Source: Choristocarpus tenellus KU-1152 (taxonomy: Eukaryota > Protista > Phaeophyceae). From it: a DNA stretch of 47,902 nt. The notes under the pieces are model-generated. The model was not told the origin of the DNA. It did not search any database and was given only the letters and a program-made list of their open reading frames with translations. Made by a program: the position numbers and the translations under genes. Shown here piece by piece: positions 39,721 to 47,902 of the stretch. The DNA is taken from the NCBI GenBank assembly GCA_964200185.2, contig CAXNAD020000015.1, forward strand, positions 1-47,902, written 5' to 3'. How positions within the stretch are numbered: position 1 is the first letter of the stretch; the number at the start of each line of letters is the position of its first letter.

Positions 39721-40488
39721 TACAACCTGATCCAACCAGAACCTTTAACGACCTTGAATGGTGATTGATCCCAAACATTAGTTGGGCAACACACCAGGTG
39801 AACAAAATCTTCCTGACTTCGAGGAATATGTCAAGTCAAACCTGAAAACACTGTATTCAAGAGTATTGCGGTAAGTTGTGGTCACTTTGGAACCTGGGCA
39901 GACAACCCACTTAGTATTTGACTGAATAAAAAAAAAAAAAAATGTTCTACTCAGTAAATTCGGATTTGCTCTGGGTATGTAGAGTTGAAGTGAAATATGC
40001 ATTGTAAAAAACATTGTCCTCGAGTTACATCTCTCCCAAATTACACAAGAGCATTATCTTTACCTTGATTTAGGTAGCACACAGCACACCTCATCACAAG
40101 AACAATAACTTGCTCTAGACATTGGAGAGAAAAGGTTGATTTTGTGTTCATAGTAAGAAATGTACTCTAGAGCACTTATTGCTTAGACACAAAAAGGGGT
40201 TAGGGCCTGTCCAAGTGCAATTTAGTATTTCTCAAAAATCGGAAAATTGATAGTTGTAATCATGATGGGTTGTTTTAGAGCTTGTAACAATGTTCCTCAT
40301 ACAAATGTCTTGAGTCTTCCTTTTCAGACTAATCTGTTCAAGGAGGACAGTGATTTGGTGCAAAGAGACTTTGATGAAACCAGGAAATTCTTGATAGTTG
40401 TCCCCATAGGAGCTGTACTGCTACTTATAGATTATATTACATTATCACAAGTCAACCATGACAGGCAGAAACCACAATTTTTTTTAAC

Positions 40489-43400
40489 TCAAGATTTTTG
40501 TGTCATTTCCAAGAATCGGAAGAAAGCACTGTAAGATATATCCAAGTCGTGCAGGAGCTGCCTTGCTTGATCTTCACTGATTTCATCAGCTGCTCGCATT
40601 GCATTGAAAGTAATCAACCACTCTCTGGCCTTTGAAGTGCCCTCAAAGTCATTTGGCAAACCAGTCACCTGTCAACAGTTTTTGAGAAGGAAAAAGATGA
40701 GTTGGAATCAGCATATTCCTTATCACACTTGTCACTCAAACTCTGCAGTGTTCAATAGTGGCTTTCAGTTTAGCCAGTGGCATGGTATACCTACCATGCA
40801 AAAGAAACTGTGGACAGTATATCTGGATTTTTTCATATAATGTTTGCAGTAAATGCTAACATCTCAACACCCCAACAACTGTCAAGTTGTCAGCAAGAGG
40901 GAAATTTTCAAATTTAATAGCCCATACGCCAAAAAGGACCATACTAGCAACTCATATTCACTGCACACATAACCTTTTCTGCAGTAGTTTGTCAGAAATA
41001 TTGGGAACTACATCAGCCTGTTGACCAATTTCCAGAAATATCCAACTATTTTGGAAAAAAACAGACTTATCGGAATATAAAGAAAGGCATCATAAAATAG
41101 CACAGTATTGACATGGACAACATCCCATCCAGTTTGCAAATATTTCATTCACATATTCCCAGGAACACTACATGCTACTTCAGCATTTGATTTTGATTTT
41201 AAATGGCAAGCAAGCAAATTCTTCTCTCCAAAGTCCTCAAAATGCAACTTGTAACACTAACAAGCTTGAAACACAATTTAATAATTAAAGCAACACCTCA
41301 CAGTCACCATATGACCCTTCTCTTCCTTACAAAGTGTAATGGAATGGAAGGTTGAAAGGGAGTTCTCACCTTGTTGAGGCGATCCATAAGATCACTCACA
41401 AGTGGCTGCACTTCATCAACAGCCCTCTGCTCCAACTTCAGGGCATCCATTGCTGTGATGAAGCATTGAGTCTGCATTTTCAATACCAGCGTTACGTGTA
41501 TGCAATTTTTTTTTAATGAGTACAAGGGGGAAATAAAAAACATTGGAAACACGTTCGAGGTTTGGAAAAATTACTCCAGTGGTAGTACCAATACATAACT
41601 AATACTGCAACACATTATAGATATGGACCTCCCCTGCTATAAACCTCCAACATACTTGTTAAGTGGATGATACTGAAATTTTTGAATTTTGTACCCACAG
41701 ATCTGATCCCCAAGTACAAGACACTAACACAATCAAGTTACTGACACAACCAGACAAGGTACTGAAGGTTCCTTCAGCTGGTACTGAAACAGTTGAATGT
41801 TAATTAATATTAGTATTATGGAGTGGTCAGCATCAGTATCAAAGAATTTTCAGGGGCAAGGATGTTTGTGCTTGCAGTGTATGTGCCACACACCGTCTCT
41901 GCAGCTTGTCTTGCCCGCCCAATTTGATCTTGTTCATCCACATTACGATGAAGAACTGTTGCTGGTACACCATACTTCACAAGTCGCTCCATTGCATATG
42001 GACAGTCCAATTGGTATTCTGCCACAAAATCGCTGCCAATCTCAGGTTACAAGTGGGAAGAGAAGGTTAGATTAACCTCTGGTCCCTACAAAGGTGGTGA
42101 GGTAGAAGAAGAGTGTCTGCGACAAAATTTGAAGTAGGGGGGGCTAGCTTCCCGACCCAGCAAGTAACACAATGGTTGGTAAGAAGAAGGATAGTAAAAT
42201 ACTTCTTTACTAGACAAATCAATATGAGACTTACTTTACATCATCATCCAGTCCCACCTACCATCATACATACATCCAACACTCTTCTGGGAAAACTGGA
42301 AAATAGAAACGAAATATTAACCTTGGCTTTATCATGAGGTGTTTTTGTTGTGAGATAGGACATAGCAATTGGAGTATCTCATTGATAGTTTCAATTCCAC
42401 CGCCACAATTTCAAAAATTGAGATGTTCAATTCTCTGCAAAACAGTACATACATACTTCCTGCTCAAAACTTGGCAAGATTATTCCAACTCCAAATTTGG
42501 TGAGGCATGTATTAATACTATTAATACCATTGCAACATAGAAACATCCTTTTTTCAACCTGAGGAAAATCTGCTATTCTGAAAAGCAGAGGGTATCTGGA
42601 CAGCTAGCTAAGGTGCCTCTGTGGATGGGAATGGCGTGACAAAAAAATAGCTCACAAGGACCAGCTAGCTGTATTGGTCACACTAAGGATTGGGGTGCGG
42701 TGATGGAATAAAACCAAGGGGAATAAGCTGGTCGGATGAATCAATCCTGGACCAAACATGTGATGGGGTTCTGCCATTTAGCTCTCAGGTAGTTGAGCGT
42801 GGTTGCGAGTGATTGACAACTTGTTCCCAAGAATCATCCTGCTAGATGAAAACAGCAGAAGGGTACGATGCTCAGACACACAACATATTTTTGTTGATAA
42901 TATTGAAGATGCTTTGATCGGATGCTTTAACAATCTACTGAAGCCCTCAAAAACTTGATCTCAATCAGGACACAGTGGATCATGACAGATAGCTGTTCAA
43001 CCTATGGCATGTCACAACTGTTCCATGTTCCACGTGACAAAACAGGAACTTCATTTCCCCATGCAGATGGAGTATGAATATTTTGATCTGGTCTCGCCCC
43101 TCATCTCCTCAAAATTACCGTCCTTGATACCCTGAGCCACATTGCTGCGCATGAATATAGATTTCAGGGGAAGAATTTGACTTAGCCCATGATCCCAGAG
43201 GTTCCATCCTTCACCTTTCTCATGCACAATTAAAACTCACGTGGTGTTGGTTATTATGCCTTCAGCCTTGAGTGCACTCTCAGCATCCTTGTACTGGGAA
43301 ATGAGTGCTGAGCACTCATGTGAATACTGTGTGAGATACTCCAACAAGGGCAGGAGTTGGGCCATGCAAAGGGGAGCGTGGTCAGGATGACTCATCCTCA

Positions 43401-44122
43401 CGTTGCTAATGAAGCAGATGACGCCAACATGGAGGTAGAAATACACGAGTAACTTCGACTGAGACAAAAGTAGACTACCAGATGTCCAACGTATTACACA
43501 AGCGGGGCATCAAGAGCGATAAAAGCTGTTGGCAAGACACTAGCAAGGAAAGACGTCGAAACGAATGAACAAATCATACGCGCACACGCCCCAAAAAGTG
43601 CAGGTATCCCATCACCTCTTTTTAAGGTAGTAAAGAACACAGGAGGTATTGGGCAATCTCGCTCGGCAATGAAGGTGGGGAAAGGCGTCCGTTATGGTAC
43701 CTTAATCAGTATTGAGCAACGTCCACTTTAGTTTTGCAACTCATTGCCATCATTTTCTCCTCCTCTCCAGTAAGAGGGTCATCTTCCACCTATGTTCCGC
43801 CTTTACACTTTCAAAGTTAGGGAGTCTCTCAACCTTTCTTGGACAGTCAAACGCACCTCCTCTCGTGTGATAGCGCTTTTTATTCGAGCGTTCTCTAAAT
43901 ATTCCGTGGTCTTGATTATAGCGAAGAACTCAGACAGTTTATCCCACTTGCGTCTGTCACGAGCATTGCTGAACAGGTTCACTCCTTCCTGTTTGGGCAG
44001 TAAATACACAAGCTTTCAAGTAAGATCAAAGCTCACTTCAACCAAAGGGTGGCAAGGGTGATATAACGATTATGTGGACGCACATCTAGATCTGATGACT
44101 GGCGTTCCAGTTTCCCAGGCAT
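40489..44122 (-). CDS. VPS28: ESCRT-I subunit VPS28, 6 exons
   Basis: Exons 44122-44084, 43988-43857, 43326-43241, 42032-41894, 41471-41370, 40668-40489. VNLFSNARDRRKWDKLSEFFAIIKTTEYLENA..ITREEYSHECSALISQYK..FVAEYQLDCPYAMERL..GVPATV..AAETTQCFITAMDALKLEQRAVDEVQPLVSDLMDRL..DFEG..WLITFNAMRAADEISEDQARQLLHDLDISYSAF. Confidence 0.95.
43539..43685 (+). repeat. Partial diverged copy of the foldback-element arm, inside VPS28 intron 2
   Basis: CACTAGCAAGGAAAGAC...CCCCAAAAAGTGCAGGTATCCCATCACCTCTTTTTAAGG..TAAAGAACACAGGAGG..TTGGGCAAT.TCGCTC is colinear with ~45244-45393. Confidence 0.85.
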
Positions 44123-45230
44123 TTCCTCTCCTCGATAGTTATACGCGGTGTATGGCGGAGGTTGTGTGTGTGTAGACATCTCCTTGTGGGTCAAATTTGT
44201 TGAATTCTCAGTTCGAATTTTTGAGGGGTTATCTTTTGAGGGTTAGGAAATGTAAGGACTGTTCTACACACAATATGTCGAACCAGTTCCAATATTATAT
44301 GGCATGTTCAGACCAGGTCTACCAAATATTAGACATTGTCAGTCTAAGCCTGGACCAGTTTCACAATAAAGTCTTTAATCGCATAAATAATTTGAAGTCT
44401 TAATGAGTCAGTTCTAACCCAACGACCACCTGCAATCACACAAAGGGTTCGAGCCCCTTCGATACCAGACTTCTTTCCAGGAAAATCTGGTGAGAATGTA
44501 ATATGTTATTATATTATTTGTTGCATATATTATTGGATGATCCACACCCATGGTCAGAGTCACTTCACACCCCACTACTACTAATTGTACTGACTCTGCT
44601 CCTGTCTTCCTTCTCGCGCATTGGGTTCAGCATTCCCACTGCTTGTTGCTCCATATCCTCCCTCGAATCCACTGTTGTTGTACCCACCCTCAAGTTTTTC
44701 TAGCTTAATATTTCTGGGTGTTGGTTGTTGTTGTGGAATAGTCACAGACAGGATAGTACAGGTGTACAAGTCTGTTGTGCTTGTGACATGGAACAGCATA
44801 TTCGACAGCAGATTGCCGTGAAAAGAAGTCTGGGGTTGAATTGTTACAGGCGATATGATGGCGGTGTCATAAAACACCAATATGACCTTGAAGTCCTAGA
44901 TTTGATATATTTGTACTCCTTGACTATTTATTAGTCATTATGGTCTCTGATTGTGGTAAGACATCATTGACCAGTTCCTTTTCATACTATGATAATTGAT
45001 GATAATCCAAGTGAGAGATCCAGCATACTTGACGACTTGTGTATCAGGAGTCCTATAATATGTCGCAAAATGCAAACAAGTGCGAGAGGCTGTACTTTTC
45101 CACTTCATTAGGTAGGGTAGAAAAATATAAAAGACAAAACCAAACCTCCTTCACTTCCCTGTAATTGATTCAATCCTCCGTTAATCCTAACCCTAACACC
45201 TTTAACTTAAAATCCGAAAGTAGTACAGGC

Positions 45231-45859
45231 TATGATCTGACCCCACTAGCAAGGAAAGACTGGGAATACATTAACAAGTCATCGCACACAAGCCCCAAAA
45301 AATGCAGGTATCTCATCACCTCTTTTTAAGGAAGCACGTAAAGAACACAGGAGGCGTTGGGCAATGTCGCTCAGCAGTGAAGGCGGAGACAGGTTGGAGT
45401 TTGTTGATCAGGCGTTGTTGTTGCATTGATGAGATGTATTCTTTTTTTTAATTTGTGTGTACGTGTTGTGTTGTGCTATTTAATTGGCTTTTCATTGCTT
45501 TTCCCCTGACACATAATTTTATTGTAATTTTAACCTCAACACCTTAGCGGTGGAAAGTTTTGGATGCCTTGGTAAACAAGTAGAAAGTCTTTATTTTAGC
45601 ACAATACACCATGTACACACAAATTAAAAAAACAAAACAAAAGAATGCATCACATCACTTCAACGACAACACCTGATCAACAGCCTCCAACCTTTCTCCG
45701 CCCTTCAGTGCTGAGCGACATTGCCCAACGCCTCCTGTGTTCTTTATGTGCTTCCTTAAAAAGAGGTAATGGGATATGTGCACTTTTTTGGGACATTTGT
45801 GTGAATGATACTTATTCACACATTTCACCGTCTTTCCTTGCTAGTGGAGTCAAATCATA
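45231..45859. mobile_element. Foldback/MITE-like element: imperfect inverted arms of ~260-275 bp around a ~90-bp spacer
   Basis: Left arm 45231-~45493 (TATGATCTGACCCCACTAGCAAGGAAAGAC...) is the reverse complement of right arm ~45583-45859 (...GTCTTTCCTTGCTAGTGGAGTCAAATCATA), with substitutions; a third partial copy lies at 43539-43685. No transposase; target-site duplication not clear (outer TA possible). Confidence 0.75.
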
Positions 45860-47827
45860 TTAAATAGTAGGTGGGTTGACCCTCCCATCATATGGAAGCA
45901 ATGTTTATGGAGGGAGGTGGTGCAAGTAGAGAGAAATTACGAGATTCGCGATGTAATACCGAAACTATCAGAACAAGTGTGTGCTTTAAACGTACCCTGG
46001 GTGTGGGAGTTACAAGTTGGTGATGTTGATTTGTTCAGTGGAATGCAATTATTGCAAAGAACTCTATGATAAGTGATGTGATGCAGCGACCATCTATCTA
46101 TTAAAGCTGTGTTTTGAGGATACAGCGGTGTAGTTCGTACCTTGTGTGATGAATGAAGAGGTCACCTTAGGTTGAAGATGCTTACGATGTTTTGTTTTGG
46201 CAAATTGAAAGTGTGAATTGGTGATGTTGTCGAATCTGAATTTGGCTCTCGCCTCTATTATGATGTTGGTGAAGCGATGTCACTGATGGACTTGATAAAG
46301 TTCTGTAGTCGTATGTGGGGTACGAGTTGACTGCAACGAGTGATAAATGTTCCCCTGATGATATGGAAGCAGGGGAGGCCTCCAACCAGGAGGTGCAAGT
46401 AGGTAGCAGAAAAAATTGTTTTAACCATCAAAGTCAATAATGATTTGCCTTCTTTGGACTATTTTTTCGACCATACATGTGGGATCCGTCAGAGTAATGT
46501 GACCATAATATTATTAAGTGATAATATACTAGCATGTATGTTAGTACTACAAAACATAGTATATAAGGATGCGTCAAGGTGGGCCATTGGTGAAGATGGT
46601 GACTACCTGCATAAATTTCAGGAATTCGAACCCCTTTGAAGCCAGACCTCTTCATGCAGCAATCTGGTTTCGATTATCCAATTCCACATGGCAAGCACAA
46701 CAGAGTGTACACCTGCACTATTAGATGCTCACAAAGGACTACTCGCCCGGACTGATGATGGAAATCCCTGGGATTCTTCACCTCGGTTTGTGCCCACAGT
46801 GCAAAATCATCAATCATCCTTCTTTGGAACTCCACGCTCACCTCAACAATCGTGATATTAATGGCACCACTCCTCCTTGAACAAAGTGATGCGCTGAGTT
46901 TTTGATGAGGCATTTTGCGTGTGGAAAGGGGGGATATCAATTTGCATACACTATTTTGAACATAAGCAATGAAATAGACTGCATTACAAAGGGTAAGAAT
47001 GGTGGTTTAGGATGCAAAAAGGGTTCACACCTGCCTACCTCTCAATTGGTTTGAGCGAAAGTATGTTAGAGGGTACGAGTTTTGCCCTGTTTGTCCATTT
47101 GGGGCTTGACTTCCCATGGGTTCTTTTAAGATACTTTCCTACTCCAAAATGTTTAGGAGTAGGTAAAAAGTATACGTTATGAAAATGTGTGTCCGGAACA
47201 TGGATACTGACACTTTCTAACCAACATAATAGCCGAAATTATATAAAAACCGAAACATTGGATTTTGGCCCCCAATGGACGCGGCCCTACCCTCTAATAT
47301 ACTTTGGTTCTTTGGCTCTTTTGTATGAACAGATCATCACAAGTGCCGTCCTGGACAATGAACGAACATTACAAACTGACTAGGCTCAACAGTTTGCCAA
47401 ACAATGGACATTATCGAGCAAAAGGCTTTGAACGCTGTTATTGTCCTGAATGCTTAAATGGGCATTCATTAGGAGCAAATGTCTCCAAACGTCTTCCAGG
47501 ACAACAGACGTTACAGAGCAAATGGGCCCGAGCATTTGCTAAAAAATGGGCAGACGCTGTAATCAAAATAGAGCAGATAATGGGCTCTATCATTTACAGA
47601 ACAACTCAAGTTCTTACTTAGTGAGTACAACAAACGTATTTTTTGCATTTTTGCGCTGACATTGTTTCTTCTTACGCAAGTTTCTTCCACTACGCATGAC
47701 TTTCTCTCCAACACTTTCTCTGCTTTCATACAAAATTCGACCAGCTTGGGAAAGCATTAAAATACAGAAGTGGGTCACTTCATGGGAAGATATTATATTT
47801 GGAGCACTTGTGAGAGTCACATTCCAC

Positions 47828-47902
47828 AGAAGGTATGCCCTGAAGGTTACCTATCTTGAACAACATGTAGAAGGTATACCCTGAAGGTGACCTATCTTGA
47901 AC
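47828..47902. repeat. 41-bp tandem repeat truncated by the window end
   Basis: AGAAGGTATRCCCTGAAGGTKACCTATCTTGAAC starts at 47828 and 47869. Confidence 0.85.

Noticed and set aside
44440-44467. tRNA T-arm/B-box-like AAGGGTTCGAGCCCCTTCGATACCA (similar GGTTCGA motifs near 16375 and 46626 on the minus strand)
   Set aside because: No D-arm/A-box, anticodon arm or acceptor stem pairing visible; at most a SINE-like remnant.

Overview
Eukaryotic nuclear DNA (spliceosomal introns of about 0.1-1.4 kb, Gly-rich low-complexity insertions, an RJL GTPase, TTAGGG-type motifs); the style suggests a stramenopile/ochrophyte alga, which is inference only. By joining exons by hand at splice sites I can rebuild seven intron-containing genes: an 18-exon LacZ-type GH2 beta-galactosidase (+, 1603-16254), an ENTH/epsin-like protein (-, 18523-22658), COP9 signalosome subunit 7 (+, 23330-26705), an RJL-family Rab-like GTPase (-, 27302-29020), a GT64 glycosyltransferase (+, 29417-30601), a DDX24/Mak5-derived apparent pseudo-helicase fused to an unrecognised Trp/Gly/Cys-rich domain (+, 34845-39720) and VPS28 (-, 40489-44122). 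There is also a ~630-bp foldback/MITE-like inverted repeat with a third partial copy in a VPS28 intron, many intronic tandem repeats, and two decayed regions (about 31-34.5 kb and 46-47.9 kb). The most interesting items are the helicase-derived fusion protein, the apparently membrane-anchored beta-galactosidase with a remodelled active-site loop and an excess of AAG acceptors, WH2-like repeats in the ENTH tail, and a CpG-island-like pattern. All gene models are manual and unconfirmed by transcripts or database searches.
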